The notes below the pieces were generated by a model, which was not told the DNA's origin, made no database searches, and saw only the letters and a program-made list of their open reading frames with translations. A DNA stretch of 64,000 bases from Phaeosaccion multiseriatum (lineage: Eukaryota; Protista; Ochrophyta, other classes): contig OZ218964.1 of NCBI GenBank assembly GCA_965112735.1, positions 1,674,001 to 1,738,000 on the forward strand. The letters run 5' to 3'. A program made the position numbers and the translations under genes. Shown piece by piece: positions 11,137-22,691 of the stretch; within the stretch, counting starts at the first letter, position 1; each line of letters opens with the position of its first letter.

Positions 11137-14100
11137 TGACGGCTCCACTGCCCTTCTCCCCCCCGAGGTGAGCGGGACTAGGTAACTGGATGGGGTGGGG
11201 CGGAGAGGGCGTATGTGGTGCTTTAAGAAGCAGGGCTGTCGTGCGTCTGTCCATCGGTGTGGGGGGGAACCGAGGGCAGCAAACAGCAGCCCTCCCTCAG
11301 CCCCTCCCTCCCTAATTTATATATTTGGTTGTCGCTGCTTGTCGCACTCACTCTGACTGGATCCACCTCTCCCCTCCCTTCCTGTTCTCTCTCTTGCCTT
11401 TGGTCTTGCCCTCCTCCCTTCTGTGACTATTGTCAGACGACCGAGAAGTATGGCCAGATCCCCTCCCTGCCGGACTGCGGGCCACCCCTGACGATCCCGT
11501 AAGTCTTACTTCTGGTGCAACGAGTCGCTCGCCTTCGACGTCGACTGCCCGGCTTTGCCTGGCGAGGCCTTTGGCGTTGGTATCTCTCAGATGTACTTCC
11601 AGTACAAGTACCAGCCCGTCGGTGCGTTCGTTCTGGTCTCCTGGGCGTTTTTGTTTGTGCTCTGCGGTCCTTTTTATGTCGCGTCGTTCGTATGAGGACT
11701 TTGCTGTGCTTTTTGGTTGTACTCCCCACCTCTCACCCTATGTCCCGCGCCCCTCCCTGTTTCCCCTGCCTTGTCAGGCATCTACTGTTGTAGGTCGATG
11801 CCATTTGTGATTTGTGAATTACTGACGCACGTCAGGAGCTCGGGTTCCTCTCTCAGAGTCTGGTTGTGTAAGGACAGAGCGGCCAGCAGGCTTGCTCTCG
11901 GGTTAAGCTGTGTTAATACACGGTCAGTGCTCTCCAGCAGGACACAGCGTGCCTTTCTCGCTCAGCGATGCAGGTCGGTACGTTCATCAAGGCGCGTGTG
12001 GGCTATTGGGGGGATAGGCAGCATGAGTGTCCCCTCTTCATCTTTTGGGCGGGGCGTGGAGCGGTGGAGATGATTGACTTGGTTCTTCTCTCTTACCTGA
12101 GACCCACTCAGTCGTGGGAGGCGCTCATGCAGGATGTGCAGCACTTCGCGACGGGGTACAGCCCTCGCCGTGCACGGCGTCAGAAGAAGCTGTCTCTTCC
12201 GGTGGAGGTGATGATTGAAAAGAAGTGGAAGGACATTCGTGCGTTGGGTCAATTCTATGCGCCGACGGACCCAGGAGAGGCACGCCAGTTGTGGCTGGCC
12301 CAAGGCGCTGCGTGGGACATCCCCGCGGCGGTGGGCGCGGTTGATAGGTCGGACAGCGGGTCCAGTGCCGCCGTGCGCTCCAACGCTGCAGCTGTGGGGT
12401 GTGGGGGGACGGACGCCGATGGCGGCCATGGTTCCGTGCAGTCGTGGGTAGGGATGGGTGGTCAGGTCGGCCCCTCCGGTATGGCTGAGACCGCGGAATC
12501 AGCAGCCGCGGAGGGTGGTGCAGTCAGCGCGGGGACATTCGCGGAGGGTGGTGACATCAGCGAGGGGCCATCAGCTGCTGCTCTTGGGGGTGTGTCGGGG
12601 GAGGAGGATGCCAGTAGCGATTTGGCAGAGTCACCGGTGCCCGCCCCCGCATCAGCAGACGATGTCGCAGCGTTGGGTGCGGACAGTCGTGACGGGGCAC
12701 CAGTGGCAGCCGCGGCTGCGGCCGCCACCGAACGGCAATTCGGGTGGTCTCTTCCGGGCGTCCCGCCTGCGGTACGGGCCCAGTCACATGCAGCACGCGT
12801 CTTACCTGGTGCCTGCACTACGCATGATGCCGCCTGGTGGGTGCAGGAGCAACAGCAAGATTCAGAGCTCCAGGTCTGGCGACAGAAGGTATTGGCGTGC
12901 GCGCCATCCACGGGGGTCTTTGGTGCGGGTGGTGGGCAGTTTCTATTAGACAGCGATGGCATCCTACAGCGTAAGTGGGCTCCAGGGGGTACGCGTTGGC
13001 GTCTGGGGCATACGTGACTGCTGATGTGTGTTCCTCGGGCGCTGCGCCCGGCCCTGCTGCATGCGGCCCATGGGGATGTGGCATCAGGGGGACATCAAGG
13101 GCCGGGGCGGATGCTGGATGCGTTACAGGAGAGAGTGTGGTGGCCCCACATGAACGGGCATGTCTTGTACTGGGCTCGCTCGTGTCTAGCATGCCAGACG
13201 CGCAAGACGCCGCGGCGCAAGCCTCGACCAGTGCCACTATCTTCTATCTCCGAGGTAAATGGGCCTCTTGCGGTGATGGGAGCTGATGTTGCTGGTCCCT
13301 TTCCAATGGCGCGGGGTGGCGAGGAGTATCTGTTGGTGTTCCAAGATTGGTTCACCAAGTGGACGGTGGTCGTGCCTTTGTGCACGAAAGATTACAAGGC
13401 CGAAGGCATCGCTCGGGCATTTGTGCGGCACGTGGTCACGGCGTTGGGCGCTCCCCGCGTTCAAGTGAGCGATCAAGGCTCACAGTTCACCAGTGCGCTT
13501 CTGGGGGATGTATTGCGTATTTTAGGGTCGTCCCAAGTCTTCACTACGCCCATGTATCAACAGGCCAATGGACAGGTGGAGCGCTTTATGGCCACCTTCA
13601 AAGACATGCTGGCCACGACGGTTGAAGCCCAAATGCAACAGTAGCCGGAGTACGTTCCCGCGTTGGCGTGTGCGTACAACTGCCGCACTCAGGAGAGTAT
13701 TGGGATGTCGCCCTATGATGCACTGTTTGGGCGTCATGCACCTGTGCCCTTGCAAGCCATGCTTCCTGCCTTGGAGGAGGATGGGTCGTTCAAGTCGGCA
13801 TCGGCGTGGGTACATGAACTGCGGGTACGACTGGGTACAGCAGCACAAGTGGTGAATGGTCGGAGGAGCGAGTATCACAGCCGGCTTCAGCTGAAGAATC
13901 GGGAAAGGCGTTGGCCGGCACCTCTTCCACCAGGGAGGGTACCGCATGGCTTTTATCGGTCGGGCATTGAGAAGCAGGAGCAGGTGGAGGAGGCGGTGGA
14001 TGACTCGCAAGTGGGGGTTCGCAAGGCTTTACGCCATCCTTGGGCCGGCCCGTTTAGGGTGCTTCCGCGGCCGTCGTTAGCTGCGTGTCAGGCGCGGCAT

Positions 14101-15480
14101 GAGGGTGTGAAAGATGAGGAGCATTATGATATTTTGAAGAGGGGTTCAGCGTATTTGGCTGTCACGAGAGTACGTGGGAGGAGAAGTTCCAACGAGCGTA
14201 TCGCCGCGAATTGATCAAGCCATTCATCAATGGCAGTGTAGCGCCCCACGGACTTCCGGATGGGTTTGCTAGATACCATCTCCGCTGGTGCTCGTCGAGT
14301 TGGGTCACGAGTGGTATGCAAGAGCAACGCAGTTTGGAGGTGAGTGAAACCATGGGAGGAAGCACGCCTCGGCTTGCAAGTATTGTGAAAATGCATTGGC
14401 GTAAGGCACAAGGTCATCCACTCAGGCGGGAGTATAATGTGCGCTGGGTGGTGGCCTCTGGGGGTTCTTATCAGACGTGGGAGTGGGATGAGTGGTTGTT
14501 ACAGAAAGGTCATCGCGCGACGATCGAAGCATTTGAAGATGCATTGCCCGTCGGGGCATTGGATCCTACGGCGCATCGTTAGAGTGGTCAGCGTTTCAAG
14601 CCAGAGCTGACAGTGCGCAGGAACCAGCATGATAAGTGGGGTAGTATGAGGTTACAGGAGTTAGTGTTAGTTAGTGGGGCAGTATGGGTGTTACAGCAGT
14701 GTATAGTGCCAATGAGGGGGGAGCAAGAAGCTGGGGTTAGGCATTGGGGATGTTGTAGGTCGATGCCATTTGTGATTTGTGAATTACTGACGCACGTCAG
14801 GAGCTCGGGTTCTCCTCTCAGAGCCTGGTTGTGTAAGGAAAGAGCGGCCAGCAGGCTTGCTCTCGGGTTAAGCTGTATTAATACCCATAACTCTTACCTT
14901 TTTTGGAAGTCTAATTGACTATTTTTACGTGCTTTGCCGACCCCGACCTGTCCGCGGCCGGTAGCAACCCACGATCCGCCTCCAAGGTGAGCAAGGACAT
15001 GGTCCAGGGCAATTGTGGTGGGGCCTCAGTGCGGATTACACATGCACGGCCTGCGCGGGCACAAGTGCTCTGTGTTGGAAGGCCTCACAGATGGTAACTG
15101 ATGTCATTCGTGCCCGCCTTGACGTAAATGTTGCGTGGCTCTCTCAGCATTAGGAAAGCTTGGTAAGTAGAGTCCAGCAGCAGGGCTTGCAGACGGGTAC
15201 GGACCCTAGCAAATACATCTGATCCTCCTACTTGTCTACAGGCCGAGTCCTTTTTACTTCTGCCCGCTCGTGAGCGTGGGCCTGCGCACGCGCACCCCTT
15301 CTCATGCTTGTCTTCATGCATGACGAAGTGCGAAAGTATATCATGCGCATGACCTCACCCGAGATCATCGACAAGGCCACGGGACAGGCCAAGCGCCGCG
15401 CGGGATGGCTGGAGAGGTTCACCCCCAATTAGAGAGATGGCAAGTCATGTAGTGCACACGCTGGACTTGCTGCTCTTAAT
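11137..15480 (+). pseudogene. Decayed copy of ATPase 3' region (end of exon 7, exons 8, 9, end of exon 10 and 3'UTR), interrupted by the LTR element at 11786-14928
   Basis: Shared with 7288-8940: gacggctccactgc...aggtgagcgggact, tcttacttctgg.gcaacgagt, ggcatctac, gccgaccccgacct, atcatgcgcatgacctcacccgagatcatcgacaaggccacgggacaggcc. Confidence 0.9.
11786..14928 (+). mobile_element. Internally deleted, inactive Ty3/gypsy LTR retrotransposon (integrase + chromodomain only)
   Basis: Direct repeats starting TGTTGTAGG at 11786-11920 and 14751-~14928. Integrase has HHCC (HAAH..GHQG..CLAC), DDE (GADVAGPF / SDQGSQF / NGQVERF), GPF motif (WAGPFRV) and chromodomain (EYNVRW...TWEW). In-frame stops at 13015 and 13642, frameshift near 14210. 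No gag or RT recognisable. Confidence 0.9.
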
Positions 15481-15769
15481 GGACCCACGGTTTATTGAGT
15501 GGGCGATTGCTTGTGCAGAGGGAGAAGGGAGGGAGGGATGGAGGAGGCAAGAAAGGGGAAAGTCGGAAGCGTTACACGTCTTTCAAACAAACGTGCGTAT
15601 ATACAAAGCCCTAAACGAATAATTCATTTTAGAGACAGCTGTGCTCATCGCCAAAATAGTGATGGTCAAGTATGTACTTATCTATACAAGGGAGGGACCG
15701 ACTTCAACCCTTCAAGAGCAAGCTCGGTATCATAACAAGAAAAATATCTAAGTGCAGGGGGCGGCGAGT

Positions 15770-16744
15770 TTACTGGCCCAGGTTGGCGAGCAGCTCCTTT
15801 CCGTTGACAAGCTCCTGTGCCCACATGCCCAGAATGGCGAACATGGCCAGGCGCCCGTTGTTGATCTCCTTGTTGCGAGACTCCAAGAACTTCTCCTCGT
15901 CGTTGACAATGTTGAAGGGGTCGAAGCCGAGGTCGCCGATGGTGGCGGAGCTGGACACGGTGGCCACTCCGGTCATGGAGTCGAGGGCCGTGTACTGGGT
16001 CAGCAGCTGCTTGGACTCAATGAGGCCAGCCAGGAACAGGGAGGCAACCCAGAAGTCGGGGTAGTAGGCGTTGATGATCTGGTAGTGGCCGATGGCGGGG
16101 CCAATGTCAGCTACGTCCGGGGCGGGGAAGAAGGGGTGGAAGTTCTCCTGGACCAGCATGCCGAGGGTGGCAACCATGGCGACGCGTCCGTGCTTGAGCT
16201 CCGCGCTCTGGTAGTTGGCGAAGGTGGCCTCGTCGATCTCGTCAGCGAGTCCGAGCGGGTCCCATGCGCCCAGAGGAGCGATGGCTCCGGGGAGGCCGTC
16301 AAGCGCGATCATCTTGAGGTTGGAGGTGGATCGGACAGCGGCCTTGGGTGCCACGGCCCGTCCGGTGATGGAGGGCGCCATAAAGGCGGAGGCTCCACCT
16401 GAGAAAGGAGAAGAGGAAGGCAGGTAGGATAAGTTGAGGGGTGAGCCTGCTTGCCAAGCGCGCCGAGATTCAGCGCAGTTACTACTTTCGCATGTGTCCG
16501 CCGTGTGCTGCCTCTGCGCCCCTCCCTCCGATACCACCAGTCAGGCCTGGAGAACACATGCGGCACTATTTTCAGCCCGAGGCTTCAATCCCCCTCCTCC
16601 TCCTCCTCCTCCTCCTCCTCCTCCTCCTCCTCCTCCTCCTCCTCCTCCTCCTCCTCCTCCTCCTCCCTCCCTCTGCCGTCCCACTGGTCTTCCGCACTCA
16701 CCAGCGGAGGCAAGGGCGAGGGCGACGGCGCAGGTAGTCTTCAT
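15770..16744 (-). CDS. Lhcx: Lhcx copy 2 (exons 16744-16702, 16398-15770)
   Basis: Same protein as copy 1 except LDG for LEG; distinct intron containing a long (CCT)n tract. Confidence 0.92.
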
Positions 16745-17249
16745 GATGCTTAGGAGTATTTTACAAATGTATTGTGTGTGTAGTGTGTTTGTGTGTGTTG
16801 TGTAGGCTTCTCGTCAACGCGAAAGGTCGCTCGCTTGCGTGGCCCGCGCACCAACGGTTACACGTGGAGTTTGAAGTTTAAAGTTTGAATCAGTCGCACC
16901 TGACCATTACGCGTTCTTGACCCCTAAAATTCCCCGCGAGTGCAAGTTTCGATGAGGGCGGGGGGTGAGCGAAGACGGGCGAGGGCCATGGTCCCTCCGG
17001 TCATAGAAGACTTCATGTGAACGCAGAGGCTACCCGCATAAGGGGAGGAGTACGGGAGAGGAGGAGAAAAATGTCACCCTGGTACATCGGTACTCCAGAA
17101 AAACAGGAGGAGGCTCCTTGCCGAGAACGGGAACGAGGCGCAGTAGAGAGGAGAAACGGAGCTGGGTGCGGCATCCGTCGTCGACGACCTCATTGCATCC
17201 AACTACCCGCAGGGCGGCTCCAATACCACCGGAGGCGGAATCAAGGTGG

Positions 17250-18950
17250 GCGGGACTGACTAACTGGATGGGGTGGGGAGGAGAAGGCGAGAGTGGTGCA
17301 TTGAGAAGCAGGGCTGTCGTGCGTCCGTCCATCGGTGTGGAGGGGGAACAGAGGGAAAGCTGCTGTTTGCTTCCCTCCGTCAAACCCTTCCCTCCCTTAT
17401 TTCCCTCACTTCTTTCTGTTTTTGCGCTCTCCCTGACTCAACTCACACCCCTCCTCCCTTCTCGTTCTCTCTCTTGCCTTTGGTCTTGCCCTCCTCCCTC
17501 TGTGAGTAAGATCAGACGGCCAAGAAGTATGGCCAGATCCCCTCCAGGCCGGACTGCGGGCCTGGCTAGTTCCAACCCCACCCCTGGGTCCCGGGTATCC
17601 TACTTCTCGAGCAGGGAGTGGCTCGTGGCTCGCCTTCGACGTCGACTGCCCGGCTTTGCCTGGCGAGGCCTTTGGCGGTGGTATCTCTGAGATGTACTTC
17701 CAGCACCAGTACTAGCCCGTCGGTGCGTTCGTTGTGTTCTCCTGGGCGTAATTGTATGTCCTCTGCGGTCCTTTTCTATGTCGTGTCGTTCGTATGAGGA
17801 CTTTGCTGTACCCTCTCTCCCTCCCCCCTCCGTGTTTCCTCTGCCTTGTCAGGCATCTACTCACTCACTCACTCACTCACTCACTCCCTCTCTCACACAC
17901 GCACGCACTCACTCACTCACTTAGTCCGCACGCACTCACTCACTCACTCACTCTCACGTGCTTTGCCGACCCCGACCTGTCCGCGGCCGGTAGCAACCCG
18001 CGATCCGCCTCCAAGGTGAGCAAGGACATGGTCCAGGGCGCGCAGGCAAACTGTGGTGGATGTCAGCGGCCTCAGTCACGTCATGAGCGCTGCAGTGATA
18101 TGGGGCTTGAGCTACGACAAGTGGAGGTGGAATGGTGCTTGGTCAGCATTGGGGTTGTGTTGTTCTGTGCTGTGTGTGTGTGTGTGGGAGGCCTCGCGGA
18201 TATTACCTGATTGCATTCATGTTCCCCTTGACGTGGATACTGAGTGAGGAGATGCGTAGTACTATCTATCCCAAGTAGGCAGATACGAAGGAGTAGAACG
18301 CGTCTGTATTCATACTGAGCAAGCTGCAGGACCACACGATATGTACTTCCTACGGGGAGCTGAACCGGTGTCGGCCGGTTTGCCCTCATGTCTACGGATA
18401 CATCTGTGGATATCATTCCCTTTCCATGCCATTTGTGATCTGCGAATTACTGACGCATGTCAGGAGCTCGGGTTCCTCTCTCAGAGAGCCTGGTTGTGTA
18501 AGGACAGGGCGGCCAGCAGGCTTGCTCTCGGGTTAAGCTGTATTGATACCCGTACCAGTACCTCACACTTGTCTAGTAGTCTAATGGACTATTTACAATA
18601 TGGGTGGATACCCAACTGGGGAGGTTGGTACGTAAGGCGTTACGTAAGGCGTTACGTAAGGAGTACGTCATGGTACGTGACTCCCCATCTCAGAAAATGG
18701 CCTAGCAGCAGGGCTTACAAACGGGTACATAAAAAGCCTAATGCACGTATGTACGTACGATCCACTTTCTTGTGTAAGAGCCTGAGTCCCTTGCTCATCT
18801 TCATATATGACGAGTGCACATCATGCGCTGACCTCACCCGAGACTTTGTTTACATCATGCGCTGACCTCACCCGAGACTCCGTTCATCGCCTAATGGTGA
18901 TGATTCTAAACTGCGCCTAAGTCTGCTCAGCTGGACTTGCTACTCTTAGT
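17250..18950 (+). pseudogene. Decayed ATPase 3' fragments (exons 8, 9, 10 relics) with (ACTC)n insert and solo LTR
   Basis: Same relic motifs as 11137-15480. Confidence 0.85.
18241..18597 (+). mobile_element. Solo LTR (357 bp, TG...CA) related to the 11786 element
   Basis: 3' ~170 bp (atgccatttgtgat...gtctaatggactatttaca) matches the 14751-14928 LTR; flanks ATAC/ATAT. Confidence 0.7.
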
Positions 18951-19191
18951 TGCTTGTTGAGTGAGGAAAGCATCACAGGGGGGAGGGCTACGCGTTTCTC
19001 TTTCGTGTTGTCGCAGATGGAAGAGGAAGTAAAGAGTCTTTGGTTGTAGTGAAAGTTAAAGCGACTTCATTTTAGTGATTTTAGTGAAAGCTTTTTCATC
19101 GCCTAATGGTGATGATTCTAAAGTCTAAGCTGTATGTACATGACAAAAGATGAAACAAAAATTGAAGACAAAAAAGAACTAAGCAGTGAGT

Positions 19192-20172
19192 TTACTGAAC
19201 GAGGTTGGCGAGCAGCTCCTTTCCGTTGACAAGCTCCTGTGCCCACATGCCCACAATGGCGAACATGGCCAGGCGCCCGTTGTTGATCTCCTTGTTGCGA
19301 GCCTCCAAGAACTTCTCCTCGTCGTTGACAATGTTGAAGGGGTCGAAGCCGAGGTCGCCGATGGTGGCGGAGCTGGACACGGTGGCCACTCCGGTCATGG
19401 AGTCGAGGGCCGTGTACTGGGTCAGCAGCTGCTTGGACTCAATGAGGCCAGCCAGGAACAGGGAGGCAACCCAGAAGTCGGGGTAGTAGGCGTTGATGAT
19501 CTGGTAGTGGCCGATGGCGGGGCCAATGTCAGCTACTCCCGGGGCGGGGAAGAAGGGGTGGAAGTTCTCCTGGACCAGCATGCCGAGGGTGGCAACCATG
19601 GCGACGCGTCCGTGCTTGAGCTCCGCGCTCTGGTAGTTGGCGAAGGTGGCCTCGTCGACCTCATCAGCGAGTCCGAGCGGGTCCCATGCTCCCAGAGGGG
19701 AGATGGCTCCGGGGAGGCCCTCAAGAGCGACCATCTTGAGGTTGGAGGTGGAGCGGACAGCGGCCTTGGGTGCCACGGCCCGTCCGGTGATGGAGGGCGC
19801 CATGAAGGCGGAGGCTCCACCTGAGAAGATAGGATTAAGGAGGAGGAAGTACGTCAGATGGGCGGAGCTTCCTTGCCAAGCGCGCCGAGATTCAGCGCAG
19901 TAAATTTACTACTTTCGCATTGCGTATTCGCTGCACGCCGCCCATGCCATCGCGACACTGCCTGTCTGCCACATCTGCACTGTGCCCCCCTCCCATGCCA
20001 CCAGTGTCTCAGTTCAGGTCCGGGAGAATGCCCGCGGCAACGCTTTCCAGTCCAAGGCTTTCAAACCCGCCGTTACTCCGCAGTCCTCTGATTCACCGCT
20101 CTTCCCTCCCGCTGTTCTTCCACACTCACCAGCGGAGGCAAGGGCGAGGGCGACGGCGCAGGTAGTCTTCAT
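19192..20172 (-). CDS. Lhcx: Lhcx copy 3
   Basis: Same 2-exon structure; variant residues VALEG, ISP, EVDE, PGVAD, EARNK, IVGM, NLVQ. Confidence 0.92.
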
Positions 20173-20329
20173 GTTGTTGGGTGATTGGTAAAAACTGATA
20201 GATGAGTAAAGTCTTTGTGAATAGTGAGGGGATGAAAACCCTGTGAGCTCCGAACCACCCGCCAAAACCACCTAAGGGACCGCGTACGTGTCAAGCACGA
20301 ATCCGAATCGTCGCCAGAGATTGAGTGGA

Positions 20330-20700
20330 CGATTATGAGGGGGGGCGGGAATGGCGGAAGCTCTCCCTGATGAGCATGCCGAGAGTGAAAAAACCATGGC
20401 GAAGAACTCAGTGCTTGAGCTCCGTGGCCTGGCAGCTCGCGAAGGTGACCCCGTCGAGCTCAGCGGCCAGCACGAACAGTTTCACCATAACAAGATAACA
20501 AGAGAACTGGCTCTGTTGAGAGAGGGGGACAAAACTGAGAGTTGAGCGGGAAGGGGAGCGAGCAGCGGCGCCACGGCCGGTCCGGTGATGGCGGGATGCA
20601 TGAAGGTTGAGGCTAAGTAAGGGGAGGTGGCTGGAGAAGCAAGGCGGTGAAAACGGCGGCACGGCCGGTCCGGTGATGGCGGGATGCATGAAGGTTGAGG
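20330..20700 (-). pseudogene. Decayed Lhcx 5' half with internal tandem duplication
   Basis: LAAELDGVTFASCQATELKH*; ASTFMHPAITGPAV duplicated. Confidence 0.8.
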
Positions 20701-20780
20701 CTAAGTAAGGGGAGGAGGCTGGAGAAGCAAGGCGGTGAAAACAGGAGAGGTGAAAATGTGGGGTAGTGGTGTGCGTCCAA

Positions 20781-21565
20781 CTGACGGCTCCACTGCCCTT
20801 CTCCCCCCCGAGGTGAGCGGGACTAGGTAATTGGATGGGGTAGGGTGGAGAGGGCCGTATGTGGTGCTTTGAGAAGCAGGGCTGTCGTGCGTCCGTCCAT
20901 CGGTGTGGAGGGGGAACCGAGGGCAGCAGACAGCAGCCCTCCCTCAGCCCCTCCCTCCCGGATGTCGCTGCGTGTCGCACTCTCTCTGACTCGACCCACC
21001 TTCTCCTCCCTTTTCTTTGTCTCTCTTGCCTTTGGTCTTGTCCTCCTCCCTTCTGTCAGACGGCCGAGAAGTATGACCAGATGCCCATCGACGCCATCCT
21101 CCGGGCCAGACTGCGGGCCTGGCTACCTCCCGTCGTACCACCCCTGACGATCCGTTTAGTCTTACTTCTGGTGCAACGAGTCGCTCCCCTTCCACGTCGA
21201 CTGCCGGGCTTCGTCTGGCGAGGCCTGTGACGGTGCTATCTCTCAGATGTACTTCCAGTACCAGTACCAGCCCGCAGGTGTGTTCGTTCTGGTCTCCTGG
21301 GCGTTCCTGTTTGTGCTCTGCGTCGCGTTTGTACCGTGTCGTTCGTACGAGGACTTTGCTGTGCGTTTGGGTTTTACTCCCCACCCCTCACCCTATGTCC
21401 CGCGCCCCTCCCTGTTTCCCCTGCCTTGTCAGGCATCTACTCTCACGTGCTTTGCCGACCCCGACCTGTCCGCGGCCGGTAGCAACCCGCGATCCGCCTC
21501 CAAGGTGAGCATGGACATGGTCCAGGGCGCGCAGGCAAACTGTGGTGGATGTCAGCGGCCTCAGT
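20781..21565 (+). pseudogene. Decayed ATPase exon 7-9 relic
   Basis: Translates in part as AEKYDQMPIDAI and MYFQYQYQPAG (intact ATPase: [21 protein letters not shown]). Confidence 0.88.
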
Positions 21566-21729
21566 CACGTCATGAGCGCTGCAGTGATATGGGGCTTGAG
21601 CTACGACAAGTGGAGGTGGAATGGTGCTTGGTCAGCATTGGGGTTGTGTTGTTCTGTGCTGTGTGTGTGTGTGTGGGAGGCCTCGCGGATATTACCTGAT
21701 TGCATTCATGTTCCCCTTGACGTGGATAC

Positions 21730-22086
21730 TGAGTGAGGAGATGCGTAGTACTATCTATCCCAAGTAGGCAGATACGAAGGAGTAGAACGCGTCTGTATTC
21801 ATACTGAGCAAGCTGCAGGACCACACGATATGTACTTCCTACGGGGAGCTGAACCGGTGTCGGCCGGTTTGCCCTCATGTCTACGGATACATCTGTGGAT
21901 ATCATTCCCTTTCCATGCCATTTGTGATCTGCGAATTACTGACGCATGTCAGGAGCTCGGGTTCCTCTCTCAGAGAGCCTGGTTGTGTAAGGACAGGGCG
22001 GCCAGCAGGCTTGCTCTCGGGTTAAGCTGTATTGATACCCGTACCAGTACCTCACACTTGTCTAGTAGTCTAATGGACTATTTACA
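21730..22086 (+). mobile_element. Solo LTR (amplified copy)
   Basis: Copy of 18241-18597. Confidence 0.7.
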
Positions 22087-22691
22087 ATATGGGTGGATAC
22101 CCAACTGGGGAGGTTGGTACGTAAGGCGTTACGTAAGGCGTTACGTAAGGAGTACGTCATGGTACGTGACTCCCCATCTCAGAAAATGGCCTAGCAGCAG
22201 GCTAGCAGCAGGGCTTACAAACGGGTACATAAAAAGCCTAATGCACGTATGTACGTACGATCCACTTTCTTGTGTAAGAGCCTGAGTCCCTTGCTCATCT
22301 TCATATATGACGAGTGCACATCATGCGCTGACCTCACCCGAGACTTTGTTTACATCATGCGCTGACCTCACCCGAGACTCCGTTCATCGCCTAATGGTGA
22401 TGATTCTAAACTGCGCCTAAGTCTGCTCAGCTGGACTTGCTACTCTTAGTTGCTTGTTGAGTGAGGAAAGCATCACAGGGGGGAGGGCTACGCGTTTCTC
22501 TTTCGTGTTGTCGCAGATGGAAGAGGAAGTAAAGAGTCTTTGGTTGTAGTGAAAGTTAAAGCGACTTCATTTTAGTGATTTTAGTGAAAGCTTTTTCATC
22601 GCCTAATGGTGATGATTCTAAAGTCTAAGCTGTATGTACATGACAAAAGATGAAACAAAAATTGAAGACAAAAAAGAACTAAGCAGTGAGT

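Noticed and set aside
11786-14928. Ginger-type DNA transposon (integrase-only)
   Set aside because: Terminal repeats are direct, not inverted, and solo copies exist, as expected for LTRs
18629-18666. CRISPR-like short repeats
   Set aside because: Head-to-tail repeats with no spacers, no cas genes, eukaryotic context
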